64,000 bases of DNA from the human T2T-CHM13v2.0 reference genome, Homo sapiens. The position numbers and the translations under genes are program-made. The first letter of the stretch is position 1. Each line of letters begins with the position of its first letter. This document shows, one piece after another, positions 15,030-29,500 of the stretch. The stretch is taken from assembly GCF_009914755.1 (NCBI RefSeq), contig NC_060934.1, one strand, 5' to 3'. The notes beneath the pieces are model-generated. The model was not told the DNA's origin, made no database searches, and saw only the letters and a program-made list of their open reading frames with translations.

Positions 15030-15150
15030 AAAAGAGGCACAAATGAAAATCCGGATTTTATCATTTACCAACTGGACAAAACTATGAAAGTCATTTAGCC
15101 ACCCTGAGCCTTATTTTCCTCCTTTTAAAAAATGAGAGTAATGATGGTGT
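15030..15150 (+). mobile_element. MIR SINE fragment
   Basis: 'aagtcatttagcc...ctgagccttattttcctccttttaaaaaatgag'. Confidence 0.6.
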
Positions 15151-15154
15151 AATT

Positions 15155-16140
15155 CCTAACTCCTGGAAATCACTAATCTGTTCTCCATTCCCTTAATTTT
15201 TTCATTTTGGGAATATTATATAGATGAAATCATATAGTATGTAATCTTTGGAGATTCATGCTTTTCACAACTTTATTGAGGTATTATTAACATACACATA
15301 GCTGCATATATAATATATGTACAACTTGATGAGTTAGGACGTAAGTATACAATGATGAAAGCGTCACCAGAATCTTTGTCATTAACATATCCATCACCTC
15401 TAAAAGTTTCCTCCCACTGTATTTATTATTATTGTTTTTATGTGTGATAATACTTAATATAAAATACATTCTCTTAGAAAATTTTTAAGTATATAACACA
15501 CTATTGCTAACTATAGAAATTATGCTATGCAGTAGATCTCTAAGTCTTATTTGTGTCACATAATTGAAAGTTTTTATCCTTTAACTAATCGCTTCCCCAT
15601 TGCCCCCTCCCCTGGATCCCTGGAAACCACTATTAACTCTGCTGCTCTGAGTTTGACTATTTTACGTTCCTCATACGAGTGGGATCACATAGTATTGTTC
15701 TTCTGTGTTTGGCTTATTTCACTTAGCCTAATGTCTTCTAGGTTCATCCATGTTGTTACAAATAGCAGAATTTTCTCCTTTTGTAAAGCTGTGTGATATA
15801 TGCACACAATGGAATATATATGTGATAGGGATTCCACATGGATATATGGTATATATATCCATGATATGTAAATAAAACTATTTTTAAAGCTAATTAAACG
15901 AAAAAGAATGTCTGCCTTTTGCAGACATTTATCCATTCATCTGCGGATGAACACTTAGGTTAATTCCATATCTTGTCTATTGTGACTAGTACTGCAGTGA
16001 ATGTGAGAGTGCAGCTGTCTCTTGGAAACCCTAATTTCAATTCCTTTGGATATATACCCAAAAGTTAGATTACTGAGTTATATAGTAGTTCTATTTTTAG
16101 TTTAAACCCAAAATAATCCCCTGAAGATTCATCCAGGTTA
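15155..16140 (-). mobile_element. L1MA/L1MB 3' end (about 15270-16103) nested in an older L1MC-type 3' fragment
   Basis: Antisense L1 3'UTR motifs 'ttggcttatttcacttagcctaatgtcttctaggttcatccatgttgttacaaat' and 'tttggatatatacccaaaagt'. Confidence 0.8.
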
Positions 16141-16214
16141 GTAATTATATTTTTTAAAATAAGAGTATAGCTGATTATTAAATCAACTTGATCCATCCAA
16201 GTCTTAGTAAAGAG

Positions 16215-16665
16215 TTAATTCCCTCCAGATGGTTCATGCAAAGGGACTTTAATGAAGAGATTAGTGCTAGAGGTGAGAGCAGCAGTAAAGAAGCCAACAA
16301 AGGTTGTGGACACACCTAGGGGTAAGACAACGTGGGAGCCATGGACATCCCCAAAGCTGAAGCAGAAGGGGAAAATATCACCTGACCAGAGCCCAGTGAG
16401 TGGCACAGCTGGAAAAGAAGGAGTGTTGTGGTGGGAGCAGGGATCAGGGAAAGACATAGCTACTGCAGATTGCAACTGGGAGAGCATGTCCTGACCTCTC
16501 TTCCTGCCCCCCAGATTTCTTGCCTAACTTTGGCTGAACCTAACAGGAGGCCAGCAGACCAGCAAATCCACACAAAGCAGTCTTTGGAAGCCAGCCTCTT
16601 TGGGCATAGAGCAAGGCAAAGAAGGGCACAGATCGATTTTAGGCCAAACAGCAAATAACCAGCAC
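16215..16665 (-). mobile_element. ERVL LTR, LTR33/LTR41-like
   Basis: 'ctttaatgaagagatta...aagaagccaacaaaggttgtggacacacctaggg' resembles the LTR33 family. Confidence 0.55.
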
Positions 16666-16685
16666 AACAAATAGTGATGTAAATT

Positions 16686-17975
16686 TGTTCATTCAACAAA
16701 TTTTTTTTAATGTCCACTATTTGCAAGGCTCAATTCTCAACATTGAAGGAGCATAGTAAACTAGAACAATAGAGCTTTTGTCTTTAATTTCTAGTAGGCA
16801 GAGACAACCAATAGATATGTATATTTATAGATATTATAACATATTTACTGATGTAAATGCTATAAAGAAATGAGAAAGATGATTTTGGAAAAAGAAGGCA
16901 CACTGCTGAAGTGATGCCTTTGAGTAGGGAGGAGGAAGAGGTGATGGGATCTAATGCTCAAGAGATGTGGTGGCCTTAAATAGGGACATGGGCAGTGCAT
17001 CCATAATACCAGCCTGAGAGGCAAAATCAGTGGGTACAGAGAAGTGTAGGATTGCAGACGCAGTGGATGGAACACACAGGAGTTCTGTTCTGTTGGTTTA
17101 TTTTCTCAGTGAAAATGAAGCAAGCTCAGAGGAAGGATATTAAAAAGGAGTTGGAGGTTTTAGGAAAGAAAAGATGTGATAAAGTATCTAGGAGAGTTGA
17201 AGTGTAAATGGACTAAGTCATAGGAGTCTTTTAAAAATTCTTGCCCAGGCTGTATCCCAGACCAATTAAATCACAATCACAAGGAGTGAAACACAGGCAT
17301 GAGCAATTTTTGAAGCTCCACAGTTGACATTAATGTGCAGAGAAGTTTGGCAATCACTGGACTGTGGAAAAGAAGCATGACAGTTTGGCAACACAGAGGT
17401 TAGAGGTCATGACTTTAATGTGAGACCAGTCAACATGGTCATTTTTTTCTCACCAGTTTCAGTGGCATGTATGTAGGTATAGAGTGGACTGTGGCTTATA
17501 TTTAACCATGGTTGAGTTTAACTAGATAAAGATGATGGACAGAGAGGAAGACAAGAGAGCTCAGGTGTATGGTAAAAAATTGATGAATATGATGAAATCT
17601 GGGCTGTTGGCTGGGAAAGAAAGGACTTGCCCGTGACAGTAACAAGTCAGCAGGATAAGTCTGTAGGCTCCTATGAGGTAAAATTTCTGGAGCTGCTGTA
17701 CTAGAAGGAGTGAGCTGGAAAAGTAGAAGATGGTGATCAGATTTTAGTGTACGTGGAACTGAGATTGTGGAGTGGGTACAATTCCTGGTAATGCTAAATT
17801 TCAGAGCATGAGCACATGAGTTGGTGGCTGATAAGGGCTAAAAGACAGAATATTAAGGAGAGCAGGTTAAAGAACGAAAAGTTTAATACATTATAGAGTC
17901 CTATGGGTAGCTGCTGAAATCCTCAAGAAATATGTCATGAATAGTATTAGAAAGAGAGGCATTAAGCCAGATGCA
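16686..17975 (-). mobile_element. L2 LINE fragments with a MER5A insertion at about 17220-17360
   Basis: Antisense L2 3' end 'ttcattcaacaaat...actatttgcaaggc' and purine-rich L2 body; MER5 motif 'ccagaccaattaaatcacaatc'. Confidence 0.65.
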
Positions 17976-18057
17976 AAAAAAAAATGTTATATTTAAATGT
18001 AATGTGTGTTGGAGCAAATCTGAAAGAAACGTTCCATTGTCTATATGGAACTATAGA

Positions 18058-18255
18058 GCAGTGATTAGAAATAGATTTTTGGGGCCCATCTGACCTGATA
18101 CTGGTTATACCACTTAAGCCTTGTGCTCATGATTTAACCTCTTTGAGACCCAATTTATTCATGAATCAATATGATGATAATATCTTTCTAATCAGCTTTT
18201 TATTAGAAGTTAACTGATGTAGAGCCTGGAAAGTGCTTAGCACCTTGCCTGGCAT
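18058..18255 (+). mobile_element. MIR SINE
   Basis: 'ccacttaagcc...tttaacctctttgagacc...gtgcttagcaccttgcctggca'. Confidence 0.65.
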
Positions 18256-18325
18256 TACCACGTGGATTTTCTTAATTATCCCTGATTGTTCTCAGTCTGC
18301 AGTGACTCCTGGCTCGCACCAAGAG

Positions 18326-18581
18326 CAAAGTTCTCAAACTCGAATGTGCATCAGAATTATCCTGAGGGCTTGTAAAACATATTGGCCAGCCTCAATCCCA
18401 GCATTCTTGATATATGGTGGAGCCCAAGAATTTGCATTCCTAAAGTGTTCCCAGGTGAGGCTGATTCTGCTGGGCTGGGGGGCCACATTTTGAGAACCAC
18501 TGCTGGGGTGTGGACCCTAGAAGCTGTGCTCTAACAAGCCTCCATGTGACTTTCATTATAAGCTCAAGTTTGAGAACTGCT
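18326..18581. mobile_element. hAT-Charlie MER5A plus an adjacent MER5-family half
   Basis: Terminal inverted repeats 'ttctcaaact' ... 'tttgagaaccactg'; internal 'gcatcagaat', 'aatttgcatt'. Confidence 0.8.
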
Positions 18582-19999
18582 CTAAAGATTAGTAAAGCTA
18601 ATACACTTACTCCTTGTTGCCTGGTTCATCTCAGTATGTCTCTAAATCTTTAGGTCACAGTGGCATCAAAATTTTCCTTTCCCCTGCCTCCAGGAAAAAT
18701 TGATTTATCTGTTTCTCCTCAGGCCCTTTCTTGCTTAGTTGCCTAAATAATTTTCCACATGACTTGGTAAAAATTGGAAAAGAATGTTTCTCACCAAATG
18801 GATTTAAGTGATTTTTCAGGCTTTTAAAGGAAACATGCTTTTAACTTCCATCAGTTTCTAATGCCAGAAATGATAAGATTTAATCATCAGAGGCTCTACC
18901 ATGGGCTGTCCATTATATGGGGGACAAAAAAAATCTGAAATTTGAAAATAAAAATGCTGGTGTCATATCCTTTCAATATCTTATAGAAGTGAAGATCATT
19001 CAAAGATTCTACAGGAGAATATAATTAGTTCATCTCATAGTTTAATAGTCGTTAAAAATTACAGATTCAATGAAGTTATTTGTAAACATGTATTTTTGTC
19101 CAGAAGAGATGCAAATAATTTTCATCCAAAGGAATAGATTATCCCTAAAATTTATAGTCTACTGGACAGTAAACAGTTTATTTAAGAGTAACAATTTTTA
19201 ACACTTGTTAAATTGCCTATAAACACTCCTAGTTTTTAAATTTTTTTAGAACTAGCCACATCTTGCTGTTTCCCTCATTAGTTAATAAATTTTAAAGTCT
19301 TTGACGTGTGCTCATTTTATATTTGCCTGAGAGTCATGATTTGGCGTATCTGAAAATTATACTTTAACACTCTTCACTGAATAACCCATTTGAAATTGTC
19401 TTGAGAGAACTAGGCTTAAAACGTGGTGCACATGATCACTCTGTGGCATAAATGTACCACCACTAGTTAAATTTTACTGTAATCAATTCAAAAATCCATT
19501 GTAGCAAAGGACAACAAAATGCACCAGGATCGGAAAGCAAAGAACCATGGTTTCCCGGGTCACCCTGGTTTCCTCACAGGAGAGGTACTCAGGTAGTGGC
19601 TATTCAGGTGTCCTGCCTTTCCAGGACAAAGTCCTGCCGGAATGCAAGAATGCCAGGGTGAGTGATCCTATCACCTGCAACTTTTTTGCTAAGCCATCTC
19701 CCTGGGCTAGGATGAAGTTCTGGTAGCTTCTGACTATGTAACTTCTGGTATCCTCTTGCTGTACTGTCTTGGGGTTCTATTTAGTAACCACTCATCACAC
19801 ATGTCTGGTCACATTGTAACCATGCAGCAATGGCCAGCCAGGGTCGTCCACTGGAATCTCCTGCATTATAAGGAGCATGGCAGGTTCAGCCACACTATTT
19901 CTATCCACTCGTCTCTTAATCAAATTCAGATTCCCAGGTGAAGTGAACACTTTTTAAACAAATATACGAAATTCCACAATGGAGAATGCTCATTAAAAC

Positions 20000-20830
20000 C
20001 TTATTGTCTGAAATACAAATTAGCTATGATTTCAGAAAATGAGAATATCAATCCAAAGAACATTTGAGAAAAGGAAATTATTTATTTCAAAATAAATTTC
20101 AAAATTCAGAAAAAAATACAGGGCTAAAAATTAGTAAAAGTAATGAATAATCCAAAATATGGTTTTTATGAAGTCAAAATAAAAAAATATATAATTAAGT
20201 TTAATCAAAATAAGACATCACCATTACAAAGGGTATATCATACATCGTAATGGATAAAATGATTAAATTATAATGGATTTCTCTCACAGTTTTGTGATAA
20301 ATTTAGAAATAGCAATGAAAGGGATCATATTCTGTAAAACAGACCAACAAGTACTAGAATAACAGCAAAACTAACATCAAAATTAACATAGTAAGAGGTA
20401 AAAAACCTGAACAGAGCAACTGAGAAAATAAAGTTGTTAAAGATTATCCACAGCAATGAAGGTGAACAGTGTGAGAGGGATTTTCCACATTATTCTTTAG
20501 CAATTTCAGTGTCAACTATTCATTCCAAGTCAAGGATCAAAAAGATAGTTACCCGTTATAATTACAAGGCAATGGCTAACTCAATCCTTAGAGCTGCTGA
20601 AGTTTTTACAAAATTAGAAGTGAATTGATTGTAGTTAGCTGTAGATATGACAATCTAAATAAACTACTCTAAATTAAGCAATATAATAGGAAAGTAATAA
20701 ATCAAATTGGGAATCCAACCCCAATGCAATATTTAACAATTCATAAATATTACACAGTAAATCAGTAACTTAAAGAAAACAAATTATATCATTTTTATAG
20801 GCATGTAAAAGAAATTTGGGTGATTCTTAA
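20000..20830 (+). mobile_element. Highly degraded L1 ORF2 fragments
   Basis: A-rich with scattered L1 motifs ('aaaacctgaacagagcaac', 'aaatcaaattgggaatc'). Confidence 0.45.
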
Positions 20831-22911
20831 CTCATGCCAATAAATAAATATTTTTTAAAAGACAGCATTCTTTAAGTTTTTTTAAATTTTTTTAAATTAG
20901 AAATATCTTTGTTTTCTGAATAAAAACATACAAACATTGTTTATAGAGCTGTGATGTCACAGATGCAGGTGGGTTGACCCACAGCCTCTGGGTCTTCCAG
21001 TTGGTGCCTGAGTTTCTACAAGCAGGATACTTATTCATCAACAATTTATATAGAGTGGTTCCAGTACCAGAAGAAGACTATGCAGGTAGAGGCAGCAGCC
21101 CATTGAGGTATCTGTGGAACTGAGAAAAGTCCAGAGGGATAACCAAATATTGACAGGAGAAAGATGAGCACTTTTCCTGGTGATACTATTTTGCCACTGG
21201 CAAGGCCAACTCCAAGTTACCCAAGCTACTAGTAAACTTCTTTCTGAGGAAAATATCACCACCACTCTCTCCATTGAAGGTAAAAACTAGACTAGTTTGA
21301 TTCTAAAATGTATGTAGGTTCCAGGCAGAATCATCTGTGGTATTATTCTACTTACATGTGTTTAGACATTTACCAAAGCTACATCCAGATCATTAAACAG
21401 AGTCCTGGAAGGTGCTATAACAACATCCTCTATTCTGTCACCATCTCCTCAAACTCACTGTAATGGGGAAAAAAAAGGCCTCTAGGGAATAGTGCAGGTA
21501 ATAGCTTAGCTTATGACTTGGTTATGTGTCAATGTATTCCCTATCACCTTTGCTTGCATTTCCTTATACAGCATCTTTAGAATATGGTTATAGTCTTACC
21601 TGGGCATGTAAAAATGTTTATTGTGACAAGATTACTAATCCCCCGTTAAAAACAGGTAAGCAGGGTTTTCTTCTCCTTAATTTTTGTATATGTAAGAATG
21701 AATTTCATGTTTTCTTCTTTCTTCATCTTTTGCAAATACATACCTGGTAATATCTACAATAACGATGGCCTAAACAAACAAATTGAAATAGACCAGAAAG
21801 CAAAAGTTGTTCCACAGTTTGTGAGTTCCTAGGATCTATGAAATATCTAGAGTTAAGAGAAACATTACTAGTAAAAGCAATGAACAAACTCAAGTTGCAT
21901 TCGATGCAAAAGAACTGAGGGTCTTTATTAACATATAACTAATATCCAGAAGGAAACTGTGTGGAGATCTAACACAGCTGGTGGTCGAGGTCAGATCTGG
22001 CTGGTTATCAGTCATGGCCCCATGCCCCAGTAATGCTGAAGAAGTTGTAAGAATTACATTAATCTTCAAGTCGAAAGAACTTTTAAACAGACTATGTATA
22101 TTTTGTCCAAAGAGACACAATTATATGCTACATTTAAACCTTATATCTAAGAAAAACACCAAAATTGCTCTGATTATTGAGACACAATTTAAAAGATCTT
22201 TCAGGTTGCCAAGAAAATAGTTGAAAATGAGAAACTGGATGCTATGATTGAAGAGTGCAGAAAACTAGACAAAATTGAAATTTTTCAATTTATGAGAGCA
22301 AGTCTGTGTAAAGGACTGTGAAAGGCTAATTGAAAAATGTTTTTCTTACAGGGGAAGAAGACAATCAGAATGACATGGCTACAATTGTTAATCTTTACAT
22401 TTTGTAGCAAAGGCAAAGAAGTCTCATTTGGTATAAAATTTTCCAATTAATATTTAATTAACTTGGGGAATAAAAAGAAAAGAAGGAAGGAGGCAGGAAA
22501 GACAGCTCATAAGAAAAACATTACAATATAGAAGTATCAAAGCAGAAACTCAAAGTATGTCACAACTTTACCTCACCTCTACCTCGAAAGAACAATTGTG
22601 TAATAATTGGATATTAATATGTTTAACTTGCATAGGATAAATTTACATTTTATACAGTATAACTGATGTATGTTCCATATATAATATGCTAATTTTTTTC
22701 TGTTTTTATTACACAAAAAGAGTCTCACAACATAGATAAGGTTCCCTAATGTTATTTTTTTATTTTAAAATGTATCATGGACTTGTGCTGGTGGGAAGAA
22801 AAAGTAAATATACTTTTCCCAATTCTCCCATTATTACAGCTAAAAATCCTGGATATTATATAGATATAACACAACATAAGAAGACTCTGAAAGATGGAAA
22901 GAATGCAGACT

Positions 22912-23304
<393 letters not shown>

Positions 23305-23844
23305 CTATAGCCTACACTTGGAGCCCAGAAACACCAACAGGCAATGAGAAAAAAAAGAAAACCTACTTTCTCTACCTAAAGCACAAAGGAAGGAACAGCA
23401 CAGACAGGCAGAAACCTTTTCAACAATAATTGTTCTACCCTAAAAAACCCCAAAGAAAAATCTGCGGCACACTCCCACCTTTGCCAGCAAAGACTAAGTG
23501 GGGAGCCTAGACTTCTGCGATGAAGCACCCCAACACAACCTCTGCATATTTTACTTCGACAACATAGAAAAATGAACCAATTCCTTGAAAAATCAAGCTA
23601 ATACAACATAAAATAGATAATTTGATAACCTATAGCAACTATGAAAACTGAATTTGTAACTAAAAATCTCCCCCAAAAAATCTCCAAGATCAGATAGGTT
23701 CATTGGAGAATTCAACCAAATGTTTAAGGAAAAATTAACACCAATTCTGTACAAACTCTGCCAAAAATAGAGAGATGAGAAGACTTTCCAATTGATTTTA
23801 TGAAGCTAACATTATTCTAATATCACCACCAGACAAGGACAATA

Positions 23845-23845
<1 letters not shown>

Positions 23846-23883
<38 letters not shown>

Positions 23884-23885
23884 AT
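23846..23885. repeat. (TAAA)n microsatellite
   Basis: Direct repeat visible. Confidence 0.95.
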
Positions 23886-25634
23886 ACAAAACTACAGACC
23901 AATAACTCTCACAAATGTAGAAGTAAATAACTTTAACAAAGCAGAATTCAGTGAAATATATATAAAGACTAAGTGGGGTTTATTTTAAGAATGCCAAGGC
24001 GGTTCAATATGCCAATATCAATTAATTTAATCCACCATATTAACAGGCTAAAGAAGAAAAAAAAAACACATCAATCAATGCAGAAAAAAGCATCTGACAA
24101 AATTTAACACCCATTCATGATAAAATCTCTCAAAAAAATAGGGATACAGGGGAACCACCTCAATTTCATAAAGAAGATCTACACAAAAGCTGTCCTATCA
24201 TTATATTTAATGGTAAGAGACTGAATGTTTCCTCCCTAAGCCTGGGAAAAAGTCAAGGATACCTGCTTTCACCACTGTTAGTCAACCTAATGCTTGAATT
24301 TCTAGTGAGTGCAATAGTAAAATAAAAAGAAATAAAAGAGGTACAAGTTAGAAAGGAAGAAATGAAACTATTTCTGTTAGCAGATGCCATTATTACATAC
24401 ATAGAAAATCTCAAGGATTCTACCAAAAAAAATAGAAATAATAAGTGAGTTCACTAAGGTCATGGGATATAAAATAAGCATACAAAAATCAATTGTATTT
24501 TTATATACCATCAATAGACATGTCGTCATTGAAATTACAAATTTGATACCATTTACAATTTCTTAAAAATGTGAAATATTTAGATGTAAATCTAACAAGA
24601 CATCTCCAGGACTTACATGCTTAAAACTACAAAGCACTGATTTGAAAACAAAATCACCAAATGTCTAAATAAATAAAGAGACATACTGGGTCCATGTATT
24701 GGAACACCACGCAGTACAGATGTCAGTTCTTCCTCAAATTGATAGGTAGGTTTGATGAACTCCCTATCAAACTTACAGCATGATTTTTCTATATATACAC
24801 AAACTTCTTCTAAAATTTATATGGAAAAGATCAGGAACTACAACAGTTAAAATAATTGTGTAAAGAATAATAAATTGAAGGTAATCAGCCTGTCCAATTT
24901 CAAGACATTGTATAACTATGGCAGTCAAGACTATATGAAACTGGCAGAGGCATGGCCACATAAATCAATAGAAAAGGATAGAAAACTCGTAAACACACAC
25001 ACACATATATGCCTAAATGTTCTTGAAAAAAGTGCAAAGGGAATTTTATTGCTTCATCCACTGGTGTTGGACAAAATGCACCAGTATATGCAATACAAAG
25101 CTTGACTTAAATCTCACACCTAAAAAAAAATTAGCTCAAAATTAATCACAGATTTAAACTTAAAACCTAAAACTACAAAACTTTTAGAAAAAGAAAAGAG
25201 AAAATTTTGGAGATCTAGATCTACCTAAAGCATTCTTCAACTTGAAATCCAAAGTGTGATTTATAAAATTAAAAATTACACTTTTTTAAACTGATAAACT
25301 TTATTAAATTGATAAACTGCACTTTATTAAATTTTTAAAAATTTGTTCTGTGAAATTATATTAAGATGATTATAAATTAAGCTACAGAGTGGGGAGAAAT
25401 ATTTACACACCACATAACTGACAAAGACTCACATCTGGAGTATATAAATAACTCTCAAAACTCAACAGTAAAAAAAAATCCAATTAGAACATAAGCAAAA
25501 AAATTGAGATATTTCACTGAAAAAGATATACAGATGCAAAAAAGTACATAAAGAAATGTTCAACTTTATTAATCATTAAGGAAATGAAAATAAAAACCAA
25601 ACAAATATTACTACATACCTCTCAAAATGACTTA

Positions 25635-26024
<390 letters not shown>

Positions 26025-27289
26025 CTAGGAAAAAAAAAATCTTGGCGGTCTTATAAAATTAAACATGCAACTACCACGCAACCCAGTAAATGCACTCTTG
26101 GGCAATTTATACTAGAAAAATGAAAACGTATGTTCACACAAATACTTGTATGTGAATGTTTATAGCAGCTTTCTTTGTAATAGCTCAAAACTATAAATAT
26201 CATCCCTGATGTTCTTCAACAGATGACTGGTTAAATAAACTGTGGTATATCCATACTATGAAATACTACCCACTAATAAAAAGGAGCAAGTTATTAAAAT
26301 ATGCAACAAACTGGAGAATTACCAGAAAATTGAATTATGCTGAGTGAAAAAAAAGCCAATTCCAAATGTTTACATACCACAGTAAATTTTGTGTGTGTAT
26401 GTGTACACATATACATACATATACAAAATCATACTATTTTGTATATGAAATACCTCACAAAATTATAAAATGGAGAACAATTTATTGGTTGCTATGGGTT
26501 AAAGAGAGGTGAGGTAAGAGGAAAGTGGGGATGACCATAGAAGAGCAACATGAAGGATCCTTTTAATGATGGAGTGTTCTGAATATTGACTATATCAATG
26601 TCAATACCCTGGCCATGGTATTGGACTATAGTTTTGCAAAATGTTATTATTGGTAGAAACTGGGTAAAGGGTACAAAAGATCATCTGTATTATTTTTAAT
26701 AGCTATATGAACCTAATATTATCTCAAAATAAAAAGTTTAATTTTTATTAAACTTTTTTAAAACTTTAATTAGCAGAAAATAATAATCAAGAAGTTAATT
26801 GTAATATTAAATTTTTCCTTATCTCTCTAAGATTAGACCCAGGAATGGAACTATCTCTCATATACACTTCCTCTCTCTTGCAGAGAGGCATTCAGATATG
26901 TATCATATAAGATTTGCAATAATATGCTATGTTCCAGATTTTCTTAATTTCAAATTTTTTTTCCTTTTGTACTCATAACATCTTTGTATAATATTAAAAT
27001 TTTTCTTTTCATTTTTCCTGGTAACCCAGTGCTTATTGAAGAAATGTAGGCTCTCTCTCTCTCAGTTCACAGACACCAATATTTCCTGCGAAATGGTTCC
27101 ACAAATCCCTATACTTTTCTTTATCATGTATTTCTTTATCTCTAATGATACTCAAGTCTTCAGGAACCCAAAGAGAAGCATTATAATCTTCCAAGTACTG
27201 TTCCCCAGAAGCCTGCATTCTTCAGTTTTTTTAATTCTCTAGGCCTTAACATTTACGACCTTAATGAAAGTATTAAAAAAGTTATTTTC

Positions 27290-27893
27290 TTTTGTTTTTT
27301 TTAAATTTTATTATTATTATACTTTAAGTTTTAGGGTACATGTGCACAATGTGCAGGTTTGTTACATATGTATACATGTGCCATGTTGGTGTGCTGCACC
27401 CATTAACTTGTCATTTAGCATTAGGTATATCTCCTAATGCTATCCCTCCCCCCTCCCCCCACCCCACAACAGTCCCCAGTGTGTGATGTTCCCCTTTCTG
27501 TGTCCATGTGTTCTCATTGTTCAGTTCCCACCTATGAATGAGAACATGCAGTGTTTGTTTTTTTGTCCTTGCGATAGTTTGCTGAGAATGATGGTTTCCA
27601 GTTTCATCCATGTCCCTACAAAGGACATGAACTCATCATTTTTATGGCTGCATAGTATTCCACGGTGTATATGTGCCACATTTTCTTAATCCAGTCTATC
27701 GTTGTTGGACATTTAGGTTGGTTCCAAGTCTTTGCTATTGTGAATAGTGCTGCTATAAACATACATGTGCATGTGTCTTTATAGCATCATGATTTATAAT
27801 CCTTTGGGTATATACCCAGTAATGGGATGGCTGGGTCACATGGTATTTCTAGCTCTAGATCCCTGAGGAATCACCACACTGACTTCCACAATG
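27290..27893 (-). mobile_element. 5'-truncated L1PA3/L1PA4-like 3' end
   Basis: Poly-T then 'ttattatactttaagttttagggtacatgtgcacaat...'; possible TSD ttattttc (27282-27289 / 27900-27907). Confidence 0.92.
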
Positions 27894-28557
27894 TATAATT
27901 TATTTTCCTGATAAAGTAGGGCTTAACTGGTAAGGATTTGTGATGAGTGTTGGTACCCAAATCTATCCCTCATGTCTCCTTCTCTTCAGAAGCCTTGGGG
28001 AAGATACCCACAAACAGTAATGGCCAGTGAAAAACAAAGTGCTACCTTTTTCAGCATTGGAAAAGCACTTCACACCCCAGTCAGTGCTCTGTTATAAAAG
28101 CCCCTCAGTGAAACATGGTAGAGACCAAAATACCTCAGTCATGCCTCTTGCTTCTCCCACCTAGGCCCTTCAGAAAGAGCATGATCTTACAAATACATCT
28201 ACCAGAGCTGGATAAGCCATAACCAAGATGCTAGGATGGTAGTGCTCACCTTGAAGAAGCAATGAAACTGGCTTAATATGAGAACTTACCAAAATTGCAG
28301 CTAAAAAGGTCATTAACTTGTTCTCTTAGGTGTTTAATTGTTTAATACTAAACAATCTTTTTATTCTCATTATCTAAGATTAATTAGGTAAACAAACCAG
28401 AACTATTAATATATTTTTCCCAAAGAAAGTTGTTGGAGGAAATGACTGTCAACACTTTATTTGACTTACTCAATTTACTTTTAGCAATAATAAAGCATTT
28501 GGAAATTTTCAAGCAGAAGCCATTATAGGCAATAGAGAATTTATCAAAGTAAAACTC

Positions 28558-28970
28558 TAGACTGGATTAAGAAAATGTGGCACATATACACCATGGAATA
28601 CTATGCAGCCATAAAAAATGATGAGTTCATGTCCTTTGTAGGGACATGGATGAAATTGGAAACCATCATTCTCAGTAAACTATCGCAAGAACAAAAAACC
28701 AAACACCGCATATTCTCACTCATAGGTGGGAATTGAACAATGAGATCACATGGACACAGGAAGGGGAATATCACACTCTGGGGACTGTGGTGGGGTCGGG
28801 GGAGGGGGGAGGGATAGCATTGGGAGATATACCTAATGCTAGATGACACGTTAGTGGGTGCAGCGCACCAGCATGGCACATGTATACATATGTAACTAAC
28901 CTGCACAATGTGCACATGTACCCTAAAACTTAGAGTATAATAACAAAAAAAAAAAACGTTAAAAAAAAAT
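28558..28970 (+). mobile_element. 5'-truncated L1HS 3' end, pre-Ta type (ACG/G)
   Basis: Matches the recalled L1HS 3'UTR; 'gatgacACGttagtggg' (ACG at 28848-28850) and 'aacttaGagtataat' (G at 28933); poly(A) tail. Confidence 0.9.
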
Positions 28971-29334
28971 ATTAAATAGAAGCCTTAGGGAATATTTTCA
29001 GCATCATGCAAGACAAAGACGTCTACTTTCACCATTACTCTGGAACAGCATTATACTAGAAATCCTAGCCAATGTATAAGTTAAGTAAAAGGAATAAGTT
29101 GGATCAGAATGAGAAGAGAGTATTTTCAATATTTTCACATTGTATTCTATGTATTTCTGAGTAACTAAAGCAATCACCATGGTTCAAAATTCAGGTAGAA
29201 AGAAGTACGTAGTAAAACATCTCTCTCCCATCCCTATCTCAGGTCTGTTTCCTTCCCTGGAAAAGCTATATTACTAGACTTTTTCTTATATTTCTAAATA
29301 TAGTTTATATACACGTATTCAGGAAATATTTCTC

Positions 29335-29500
29335 TTTTTTTGAGACAGGGTCTCACTCTGTCACCCCAGCTGAAGTTCAGTGGCACAATCTCTGCTCGCT
29401 GCAGTTTTAACTTCCCAGGCTCAGATGATTCTCCTACCTTAGCCTCCTGAGTAGCTAGGACTACAGGTGTATGCCACCATGCCTTGCTAATTTTTTGTAT
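29335..29500 (-). mobile_element. Alu right arm (FRAM/AluJ)
   Basis: 'ttttgagacagggtctcactctgtcacc...gagtagctaggactacagg...aattttttgtatt'. Confidence 0.9.
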
